Origin: Candidatus Fraserbacteria bacterium
Lineage (GTDB): Bacteria > Bipolaricaulota > Bipolaricaulia > RBG-16-55-9
Direction: 5' to 3'
NCBI GenBank assembly: GCA_037443265.1
Contig: JBBIOR010000013.1
Location: 1 to 12,091 of the forward strand
Length of the DNA stretch: 12,091 nucleotides
The position numbers and the translations under genes were made by a program. Below the pieces are notes generated by a model. The model saw nothing but the letters and a program-made list of their open reading frames with translations. It did not search any database and was not told the origin of the DNA. Shown piece by piece: positions 1-6,753 of the stretch. Every line of letters starts with the position of its first letter. Position 1 is the first letter of the stretch.

Positions 1-30
1 ATGGGCGCACTCTCTTTTGGCGCAGACTAG

Positions 31-54
31 GTCTGTTACACGGGCATAACAGAC
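31..54. repeat. Perfect 8-bp inverted repeat (candidate operator, or hairpin after an upstream stop codon)
   Basis: GTCTGTTA (31-38) - N8 - TAACAGAC (47-54). It lies directly after a TAG at 28-30 and about 27 bp upstream of TTGACA at 82. Confidence 0.45.
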
Positions 55-81
55 GCGGCTAGGCTATTCCACCGAACCCTC

Positions 82-115
82 TTGACAGTCAGAAAAATTA
101 GGGAGAGAATATAAT
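82..115 (+). promoter_or_regulatory. Probable sigma70-type promoter for the PKD-domain gene
   Basis: TTGACA at 82-87. GAGAAT sits at 17-nt spacing (105-110) and a perfect TATAAT at 110-115 (22-nt spacing). Strong SD AAGGAGGG at 133-140 precedes ATG 147. Confidence 0.5.
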
Positions 116-146
116 CACAGTACCTTTACAAAAAGGAGGGAACGCA

Positions 147-1523
147 ATGCGCAGGCGAATAGGGAAGTTGCTCGGATTAGGCATTTTACTCGTGGTAATT
201 GGCGTGACTTCGGGATTGGCTTTCACACAGATATCGTCGATTACATGGAATACCACACCTATAGACCTCGTGATCGACAAGGAAGGAGATATAAACGCGG
301 ATGCCGCTGGAGACCTTTGTCGTCAGGTACTCATCCCACTAGCCACCGGCGCGGAAATAGAGGCAATAGCTGCAGTTAATCAGAGGCTAGGAGGATTATC
401 ATTCTGCCAGGTAGAGGTTATTTATCAAGGAACTTTCAGGGTGGGTCCAAGCGCGACGTGGGTCCTCTTAGGGGGGGCATTAGATGGAGTACTTGCTCTT
501 GAGGATACACCTGGTAAGGTCGATGTTAGTGCGGTCGCGGCGGTCCTACCTGTGGGAGCTCCGGCAGTTTTGTCTATTACGCACACTGCTAGCCTTACTT
601 CAGAGGGCACACAAACAATTAGTGTACCCCCTCCCCCTCTAGAGGCCAAGGCTTGCTTGCCCCCCGGTGACTATGAGGTGAGGGTAAGCCTTAAAGTAGG
701 CGCTCTCATATCTTGGGGGGCTTTTAATGACGAAGCTGTTAGCGATTTCGGGGCACGCCCTAGAGACTTTTTTATATTTTTGAATAACGAGGGTCCGTGC
801 ACACCTCCACCGGTAGTCAACCGTCCCCCAAAGGCTGCACCAGGCGGGCCCTACGCAGCAGTGTGCGCTGGGTTCGGATGCTCGGCACAAGTTACTCTGG
901 ACGGAAGCCTCAGTTCAGACCCTGACGGTGATTCCCTTACTTACGAGTGGGACTTTGGTGATGGCTCATCTACCGGGCCAGCCGTCACCGCGGTCGTCAC
1001 TCACGAATATGTGGCGCTCGCCCGGGAAGGAAACCCCCCTTTCCCTGCTTACCGTGCTTGTCTGCGTGTGAGCGACGGGCGTGGTGGCAGCGATACACAG
1101 TGCACGAACGTCGTAGTTCTCTATCGGTGGAATCCACGGCCACCAACAATCATCGGACCCGTGGGCTTTAAGCAAGAGCCGTCTGGAAACCAGGTCAGAA
1201 TCAAGTTCGAAATCGACTTTAGCGATCCTGACGAGGATGTGACCGAGGTGATCTTCAATTGTCAGGGACTATTTGGTTCTAATTGCGCGCCGGGCCAGCA
1301 AACTGCCCAGTTCACTGTGGCTGTAGCTGCCCAAGGCATCGGTCAGGGCACAATTTTTTGGGAGGGCGATTGCCAGAAGGCAGAAGCTGCACAATGGAGG
1401 TTCACTTTTTCCCTTAGAGATGGTGAAGGCTTGGTGAGCGACTTTTCTCCAACTGAGCCAGAAGTAGTAGGGGGGTTTACGAAGTGCGCCATGAAGGCCC
1501 CCGTTGTTGGGGGAAAAGCCTAG
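147..1523 (+). CDS. Secreted/surface PKD-domain protein (458 aa, 12 Cys)
   Basis: Signal peptide (MRRRIGKLLGLGILLVVIGVTSGLAF) and Pro-rich linkers. PKD domain at ~819-1118 (NRPPKA..GGPY..VTLDGSLSSDPDGDSLTYEWDFGDG..VTHEY..YRACLRVSDGRGG). Further beta-rich Ig-like C-terminal domain. Good SD. Confidence 0.85.
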   Translation: MRRRIGKLLGLGILLVVIGVTSGLAFTQISSITWNTTPIDLVIDKEGDINADAAGDLCRQVLIPLATGAEIEAIAAVNQRLGGLSFCQVEVIYQGTFRVGPSATWVLLGGALDGVLALEDTPGKVDVSAVAAVLPVGAPAVLSITHTASLTSEGTQTISVPPPPLEAKACLPPGDYEVRVSLKVGALISWGAFNDEAVSDFGARPRDFFIFLNNEGPCTPPPVVNRPPKAAPGGPYAAVCAGFGCSAQVTLDGSLSSDPDGDSLTYEWDFGDGSSTGPAVTAVVTHEYVALAREGNPPFPAYRACLRVSDGRGGSDTQCTNVVVLYRWNPRPPTIIGPVGFKQEPSGNQVRIKFEIDFSDPDEDVTEVIFNCQGLFGSNCAPGQQTAQFTVAVAAQGIGQGTIFWEGDCQKAEAAQWRFTFSLRDGEGLVSDFSPTEPEVVGGFTKCAMKAPVVGGKA

Positions 1524-1712
1524 TGCCCCTATCAGGCAGCATCGTACAAAATATACGCTAAGGAGATTTAGCGCTTCAGGAGCGGCATCTGAGGATCAAC
1601 GTACTATGTTTGGATTGAGGACGTATTCGCCGTAGAGGAGCACGTTATCCAGCTAACCGGCCTGACATGCGATAGATTGGAACTGGGGGGATCTCAAAAG
1701 TACCCTGATAGC

Positions 1713-1750
1713 AAAGGGCTAGACCAAGAGTCAGGCCCTTTTCTCTTGTT
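1713..1750 (+). terminator. Possible intrinsic terminator downstream of the PKD gene
   Basis: AAAGGGC(T)..GAC-caaga-GTC..(G)GCCCTTT hairpin at 1713-1741, running into T-rich TTTTCTCTTGTT. Confidence 0.4.
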
Positions 1751-1870
1751 CTTGCGTCCAGAAAGTCACAGCTTCTTGATATTGTATAGAGCTGGACACC
1801 TTTTGTCCAAGAAGATTTCGTCCAGTGACAGCTAATCTGAACCATGCTCGCGGACTCCCCTTCATGCGGC

Positions 1871-2329
1871 CTACAGCAAGAGCGCCAGATAGATCACTAT
1901 TAAGCCCAACAGCAGAGTGATCCGCCCGATCCAGCCGGAGATCACTCGCAGATTGGGATTTTGCGGGTCTTGCGTGGCCCGCGGGCCGATCAGCACATCA
2001 TGGATCAAGCTCAGCCCCAGCATCACAGCAAAGAGAATGAGCTTCCAGAGGAGCGGCTGCCCCGCAGGGCTCATGAGATAACTCCCCAACTGGGCCGTAA
2101 GCCCCATAAAGCCCAGATTGGCAAAGCCAGTGAGAATGAGAAGCCCAATCGCAATCCAGCTCACTGTACGAAACTTGCGCCCCACTCCAGAGATCAGCCG
2201 AGCCCTCGAGGGAGGATCGAGCGTGCGCGCATAGGGCACAAGAGCCAAAGAGAGAAATAGCATCCCGCCGATCCACACAATGGCCGACAACACGTGGAGC
2301 CACAAGACGATCTGGCGCAGGACGTTCAT
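1871..2329 (-). CDS. CopD/DUF4149-like four-helix membrane protein
   Basis: Four hydrophobic segments. N-terminal LHVLSAIVWIGGMLF motif typical of the CopD/DUF4149 superfamily; KLILF...LSLIHD in helix 3. ATG at 2329 is preferred over TTG at 2335. Confidence 0.8.
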   Translation of the reverse strand: MNVLRQIVLWLHVLSAIVWIGGMLFLSLALVPYARTLDPPSRARLISGVGRKFRTVSWIAIGLLILTGFANLGFMGLTAQLGSYLMSPAGQPLLWKLILFAVMLGLSLIHDVLIGPRATQDPQNPNLRVISGWIGRITLLLGLIVIYLALLL

Positions 2330-2381
2330 ACCCAAACCCTAGCACGAATCAGCTAAGAGATCCAACTCGCAAGCGAACGGG

Positions 2382-2406
2382 ATAAACTCATCGATGATGA
2401 GTCTAT
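2382..2406. promoter_or_regulatory. Palindrome upstream of the CopD-like gene (candidate operator)
   Basis: ATAaACTCATC-gat-GATGAGTcTAT: perfect 7-bp arms at 2386-2392 and 2396-2402, extendable with one mismatch. About 55 bp upstream of the start codon. Confidence 0.35.
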
Positions 2407-2563
2407 AGCCTTGATGACATGATGGCGTCATGGGAAGCACTCAGGGAATACGGGAATGCTCAAGAAGGCCTCGATGGGGCTTGAATTCACGCGAATCCTG
2501 CCCTCTATTGAGCTTGCGGGCGTCTCTGTCGAGCTGGCATGGGATCAGGCCGAGCTGGCCTTT

Positions 2564-3856
2564 TTATTGATCTAGGATGATCTGTCCGAGCTCCACGCGA
2601 ACATCACCCGAATTGATCAAGCTCCTCAGTCGATAGAAATAGCGCCCTGGGGGCAAGGGAGTTCCTTGGGCATCGACGCTCTTCCAGATGAGCTCCGGTC
2701 CTTCGGCAGCGGCCGTGGCTATGAGTTGCCCATCGGCGGTCAGGATCTCCCATTGGAGCTTTTGAGCAGCAGGCAGCGAGATCTTAAGCTCTTGGGCTGG
2801 CTGAATGCGGACGATGGGCTGGCCCCCTCCGTCTGTGAAGCGCGCGGCCCTCTGCTGGCCCAGGGTTCTCACCTCCGCGCCCACCTCGAAAAAGCGCTGC
2901 CCAATCTGGGTGACCAGAGCGAGCAGGTCTTGGGCGACGGCGTTTAGATCTATATTCGAGGCCCCGTTGACGGCCGCCTGGAGCTGTTGGGCCTTCGCCA
3001 GCCCTTGAGACATCCACTGGGCGGTCTCACTTAAGGCGGCCAGAGAGATCCCCTCGATCGCCAGAGCCGAAAGCTCCGTCAAATCCCGCTGGATCACCTC
3101 GAAGGCACTCAAAAGGGGAGGCAGATAGAGCGCCCGAACTCCTTCGAACGCCTTACGGAAAGCGGTAGCCATCGACTGATAGAGTTGCGCGATTTGTTCC
3201 CCAATCTGCATCTGAGTCTCCGCGGCCAGCGGGGCCGGCAAGATCTGACGGAGCGTGGAGATCCTCGTCGAGTTGAGCGAAAAAGCCTGAGACGCCTTAT
3301 CCAGCGCGCTTTGAAAGACGCCGAGCAATTGGAAGAGATCGCTGCTCGGCTCCATGTGAAGGGTCTGCCCTGCCTGCTGTAAGCCATGGGCGATTGATGA
3401 GAGCAAGGCCAGCGTGAGGGAACGAACTCCTTCCAGCTTGCGGACTTCCACATACGTCTCCAAGGTGTTGTTGGACTCGTTCGACTCGGCGATCTCATCG
3501 AAGATGTCGACGCGGACGCGCAGGAGGTGCTCCCCTTCGGCCGGCGTCCAGAGGAGGCGCACTTCGGCCTGGGCAGTGGGCCTTAGGCGGGCGAGAAGCG
3601 GCTGGGTCGCCAGGCGAACACCATCTGCCTCAAAGGCCACAAGGAAGCGCTCGGATACTTGTTCTTGCCCGCGATTGGCGATGATGGCTGTAAGTTCTAC
3701 GGGGATGCCGGGCTCGGGTTCAGGGGAGCTCAGCACGAGCCGCTCCACCACAAGGTCGGGAAGGCCCTCCGTCTGCGGAGTTGCTGGCCAACTGATGACC
3801 CACCCCATCCCCAAGATGACCAGAACGACCCGGGTGATCTCACGCGCGTTCATCAT
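2564..3856 (-). CDS. Secreted CARDB-domain protein with helical core and FlgD-type Ig C-terminal domain (430 aa)
   Basis: Signal peptide. CARDB motifs LPDLVV...IANRG...GEHLLRVRVDIFDEIAESNESNNT. Ala/Gln/Leu-rich amphipathic helical middle. C-terminal EILTADGQLI...LIWKSVDAQGTPLPPGRYFYRL (FlgD_ig-like). G-rich SD upstream. Confidence 0.85.
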   Translation of the reverse strand: MMNAREITRVVLVILGMGWVISWPATPQTEGLPDLVVERLVLSSPEPEPGIPVELTAIIANRGQEQVSERFLVAFEADGVRLATQPLLARLRPTAQAEVRLLWTPAEGEHLLRVRVDIFDEIAESNESNNTLETYVEVRKLEGVRSLTLALLSSIAHGLQQAGQTLHMEPSSDLFQLLGVFQSALDKASQAFSLNSTRISTLRQILPAPLAAETQMQIGEQIAQLYQSMATAFRKAFEGVRALYLPPLLSAFEVIQRDLTELSALAIEGISLAALSETAQWMSQGLAKAQQLQAAVNGASNIDLNAVAQDLLALVTQIGQRFFEVGAEVRTLGQQRAARFTDGGGQPIVRIQPAQELKISLPAAQKLQWEILTADGQLIATAAAEGPELIWKSVDAQGTPLPPGRYFYRLRSLINSGDVRVELGQIILDQ

Positions 3857-3885
3857 TTTCGTTTTTACCCCCCCTCGCGGGCATG

Positions 3886-3915
3886 ATCATAGACGATGGA
3901 GGTTCCCTGCGGCAA
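3886..3915 (-). promoter_or_regulatory. Promoter for the CARDB gene (leftward)
   Basis: Minus strand TTGCCG (3915-3910) - N18 - TATGAT (3891-3886), 30 bp upstream of the start codon. Confidence 0.55.
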
Positions 3916-3919
3916 GTCA

Positions 3920-3948
3920 TTGCCGGAAGTTCCCCTCTCTGTTATGAT
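3920..3948 (+). promoter_or_regulatory. Promoter for the hypothetical-pepA-lipoprotein unit (rightward)
   Basis: TTGCCG (3920-3925) - N17 - TATGAT (3943-3948) with extended -10 TG at 3940-3941. SD AGGAGG at 3961-3966. Confidence 0.65.
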
Positions 3949-3974
3949 CTGCTCATCACTAGGAGGTCGAGTAG

Positions 3975-4337
3975 ATGGCGTTCGAGCGGTTCACAGCCAG
4001 CGGCAAAAGCTTCAAGGCCCGAATCTCCATCCGGAAGAACGGCCAGATCAGCCTCTCCCAAGGAGCTGTGCAAAAGTTTAGGCTCACCGAGTACCCCTAT
4101 GCCGTGCTCTTCTACGACAAAGAGAAGCACCGCATCGGTCTAAAGCCCACCCAGGACCCTGAGGAGCCGGGCGCATACAAGCTCAACTTCAAAGGGACAG
4201 GGGCCTCTGTGGCGGGCCTGGCCTTTTTAGACTACTACGGCATCGATTACAGTCGCTCCCGGCGCTTCGAGGCTCAGTGGGACGAGGAGCACGAGATGAT
4301 CGTGATCGATCTGGCGTCCCCGATCTCGCCTAGGTGA
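3975..4337 (+). CDS. Hypothetical protein (120 aa), possibly AbrB/MraZ-like swapped-hairpin fold
   Basis: Perfect SD and host-like codon usage. ISIRKNGQISLSQGAVQKF resembles the AbrB-type beta-hairpin/helix signature. The fold call is inference. Confidence 0.75.
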   Translation: MAFERFTASGKSFKARISIRKNGQISLSQGAVQKFRLTEYPYAVLFYDKEKHRIGLKPTQDPEEPGAYKLNFKGTGASVAGLAFLDYYGIDYSRSRRFEAQWDEEHEMIVIDLASPISPR

Positions 4338-4354
4338 GGTGATGATGGCCCATC

Positions 4355-5869
4355 ATGGACGTGAATGTAAAGCATGGGGATATTTTAAATATCAAGACGG
4401 AAGCGATCTGTCTTGGGATCTTCCAAGGGGTGCGCGCGCCGGGTGGGGCAGCCGGCGCGGTGGATCGGGCTCTGGGTGGCGCGTTGAGCGCTCTTCTTAA
4501 AGAGGGAGACTTTGAAGGCAAGAAGGGCGAGCTTCTTTTCCTTCGCACAGAGGGCAAGATCCCGGCGAAGCGGGTCTTGCTCGTCGGCTTAGGAGAGCGC
4601 GAGCGATTCACCCTGGACGTCGCGCGCGAGGCCAGTGCGGCGGCGGCTCAAGCCGCGGGCCGATTTCGAGAGCTGACGACGATTGTGCACGGAGCGGGCA
4701 TCGGCGGACTCTCCCCCGAGAGTGCGGCTCAGGCCGTGGTCGAGGGGGCCATCTTAGGGACGTATCGCTTTGAGAGATACCGCCAGCAGCGGGAAGGGCC
4801 GCGGTTAGAGCGCCTGCAGCTCATAGAGTTCGACCGGAGCAAGCTTTCAGAGATGGAAGCCGGTGCAAAGCGGGGGCAGATCATCGCTGAAGCCGTCTGC
4901 TTGGCGCGGGATTTGGCCAACGAGCCCGCAGCCAGCCTCACCCCAAAAGAGCTGGCGGAACGAGCAGAAGCCCTGGCGAAAGAATTTAAGCTCCAGTGCC
5001 AAGTGCTAACGGAGAACGAGCTGAAGAGGGCAGAGATGAACGGCATTCTGGGCGTGGCCCGCGGAAGCGATGAGCCTCCTAGATTGATCGTGCTTGAGTA
5101 TTGGCCGCAGCGGGCGAAGTTCTCAGAGCCCATTGCACTTATTGGCAAGGGAGTGACATTCGACAGCGGGGGGATCTCCATTAAGCCGCGCGAGGGCCTG
5201 GAGGCGATGAAATACGACATGGCCGGAGCCGCGGCTGTGTTAGGAGCCATGCGGGCTCTCTCCGCGCTGGAGCTGCCCTTGCCTGTGGTGGGTCTGGTGC
5301 CCGCCGTCGAGAATCTTCCCAGCGGCAAAGCCCTCAGGCCCGGGGACATCCTGCGCTTCGTCAACGGCAAGACGGTCGAAGTGACGAACACGGATGCGGA
5401 GGGCCGGCTGATCTTGGCGGACGCCCTCATATATGCTCAGCGCTATCGGCCTCGGTTTGTGATCGATCTGGCCACTTTGACGGGGGCCTGTGTGATCGCG
5501 CTGGGGAAGGAGGCCGCCGGGCTCTTCAGCAATCATGCCCCGCTTGTGGAGAGGCTGAAGGCGGCCTCCCAGAAGACGGGCGAGCGCGTCTGGGAACTGC
5601 CGCTCTACGAAGAATATAGAGAACTGCTCAAGAGCGAGGTGGCGGATCTTAAGAACTCCGTGCTGGCCAAGAGCGGGATCCCCCAGGCGGGCGCGGCGGC
5701 CGGAGCCATCTTCTTGCAGGAGTTCGTCTCGTATCCCTGGGCGCATCTGGACATCGCGGGCACGGCCTACGATGTGGAGACGAGAGCCTACTGCCCCAAG
5801 GGAGCCACAGGCTACGGTGTGAGGCTCTTGACCCAGTTGCTCTTGGATGAGGCCCAAAACTCAAATTAA
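4355..5869 (+). CDS. pepA: Leucyl (cytosol) aminopeptidase, peptidase family M17
   Basis: GKGVTFDSGG, MKYDMAGAAAV, NTDAEGRLILAD, DLATLTGA and WAHLDIAG motifs. N-terminal M17_N domain; 504 aa. Confidence 0.97.
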   Translation: MDVNVKHGDILNIKTEAICLGIFQGVRAPGGAAGAVDRALGGALSALLKEGDFEGKKGELLFLRTEGKIPAKRVLLVGLGERERFTLDVAREASAAAAQAAGRFRELTTIVHGAGIGGLSPESAAQAVVEGAILGTYRFERYRQQREGPRLERLQLIEFDRSKLSEMEAGAKRGQIIAEAVCLARDLANEPAASLTPKELAERAEALAKEFKLQCQVLTENELKRAEMNGILGVARGSDEPPRLIVLEYWPQRAKFSEPIALIGKGVTFDSGGISIKPREGLEAMKYDMAGAAAVLGAMRALSALELPLPVVGLVPAVENLPSGKALRPGDILRFVNGKTVEVTNTDAEGRLILADALIYAQRYRPRFVIDLATLTGACVIALGKEAAGLFSNHAPLVERLKAASQKTGERVWELPLYEEYRELLKSEVADLKNSVLAKSGIPQAGAAAGAIFLQEFVSYPWAHLDIAGTAYDVETRAYCPKGATGYGVRLLTQLLLDEAQNSN

Positions 5870-5880
5870 AAGGGGGAATC

Positions 5881-6468
5881 ATGAAGGATCTGCACCCTTC
5901 GGCCTTGGTGCTCATTCTGGCGCTTGTGGTGAGCGGATGCTCGCTGTTTAGCCCGCCTTCCCCTCCGCCGCCGTCGAGCGATCCGATCGCCCTGCTCCTA
6001 TCTGCTGATTCAGACATGAAAGAGCAAGTCCGAAGGGCGATGGCCAGAGCAGCCGAACGGGCCGGGATCTCCATTCAGCTAAGTAATCTCGTCTATCTCT
6101 CGCGGGATGACCTCACGGTTGCCCATGCGCTCGTGGTGGACTTCGACTCCTTGAGGCTTTTAGAGCCCAATCGCGTGGGCGATGTGGGACTGGCGTTCCT
6201 CTCCCTGCCGGCTTCCGTGGGCGTCCCCACAGGCTTCTACAAGATCAGGATCTTCGTGCTGGAGGCAAAAGCCGAGCTGCTGGATGCCCAAGGCGGTGTG
6301 GTGGCCGTCTTTCCGTTGGAGCGGGCGCAGGAGACACCCGGCTCGCGGCCTTTGATCTCCGTCACCAACTGCCGCGTGACACTGATCTATCAGCAGGTGA
6401 GCCAAGGGGTTCCGCCCATCCAGGCAGCCGTGCCGCTCGATTGGTGCAAGCCCGTCGGGCCGCTTTAA
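5881..6468 (+). CDS. Lipoprotein of unknown function (195 aa)
   Basis: Hydrophobic h-region ending in lipobox VSG-C20, followed by a Pro/Ser tether (SPPSPPPPSS). SD AGGGGG; 11 nt after the pepA stop. Confidence 0.8.
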   Translation: MKDLHPSALVLILALVVSGCSLFSPPSPPPPSSDPIALLLSADSDMKEQVRRAMARAAERAGISIQLSNLVYLSRDDLTVAHALVVDFDSLRLLEPNRVGDVGLAFLSLPASVGVPTGFYKIRIFVLEAKAELLDAQGGVVAVFPLERAQETPGSRPLISVTNCRVTLIYQQVSQGVPPIQAAVPLDWCKPVGPL

Positions 6469-6473
6469 AAGGG

Positions 6474-6546
6474 AGCCGGCGGTCGGGATCGAACCGACGA
6501 CCTGCCGCTTACGAAGCGGCTGCTCTACCAGCTGAGCTACGCCGGC
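6474..6546 (-). tRNA. tRNA-Thr (anticodon CGT)
   Basis: GCCGGCG-TAGCTCAGCTGGTAGAGC-AGCCGC-TTCGTAA-GCGGC-AGGTC-GTCGG-TTCGATC-CCGAC-CGCCGGC-T. Full cloverleaf, 73 nt, followed by CCC rather than CCA. Confidence 0.97.
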
Positions 6547-6564
6547 GCAAAGCGCAGAGATCTT

Positions 6565-6593
6565 AGCTTAGCTGGGCCATCGCGGGAAGTCAA
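6565..6593 (-). promoter_or_regulatory. Promoter of tRNA-Thr
   Basis: Minus strand TTGACT (6593-6588) - N17 - TAAGCT (6570-6565), ending 18 nt before the tRNA 5' end. Confidence 0.7.
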
Positions 6594-6628
6594 GCCAAGG
6601 TGCTGATAAGAGGGAGCGGAGAGCCGGC

Positions 6629-6697
6629 CTCGGAGCGCTTCAAGTGGCAGGCCATCTCGTTGAAGCTGGGGGCCAGAGCCCCTAGCTCGTCTTCGGT
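6629..6697 (-). pseudogene. Relic of a HAMP domain (sensor kinase/receptor fragment)
   Basis: Translates as TEDELGALAPSFNEMACHLKRSE, matching the HAMP helix-2 signature DExGxLAxxFNxMxxxL. No intact gene surrounds it. Confidence 0.55.
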
Positions 6698-6719
6698 CTC
6701 ACCCCCTTCTCGTTCTGTC

Positions 6720-6748
6720 TTGACATGCCGGTCCTTGTGCAGTATACT
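6720..6748 (+). promoter_or_regulatory. Near-consensus sigma70 promoter of the B12 enzyme-asnB-odh operon
   Basis: TTGACA (6720-6725) - N17 - TATACT (6743-6748). Predicted transcription start ~6754-6756. Confidence 0.85.
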
Positions 6749-6753
6749 AAAAT

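Noticed and set aside
133..149. Near-identical start regions AAGGAGGGAACGCAATG (133-149) and AAGGAGGGAAGCAATG (6926-6941)
   Set aside because: Mostly SD plus ATG; the remaining shared bases are too few to imply a common element.
1593..1845. ORFs in the 1524-1870 gap (66-aa minus ORF, an 80-codon + frame without ATG, and a DinB-like LSLDEIFLD peptide on the minus strand)
   Set aside because: No recognisable family or convincing start context. The DinB-like word is bounded by stop codons within ~21 codons and is probably chance.
4729..6074. Long antisense ORFs opposite pepA (233, 205 and 141 aa)
   Set aside because: Shadow ORFs expected from GC-rich codon bias on the strand opposite a clearly conserved gene.
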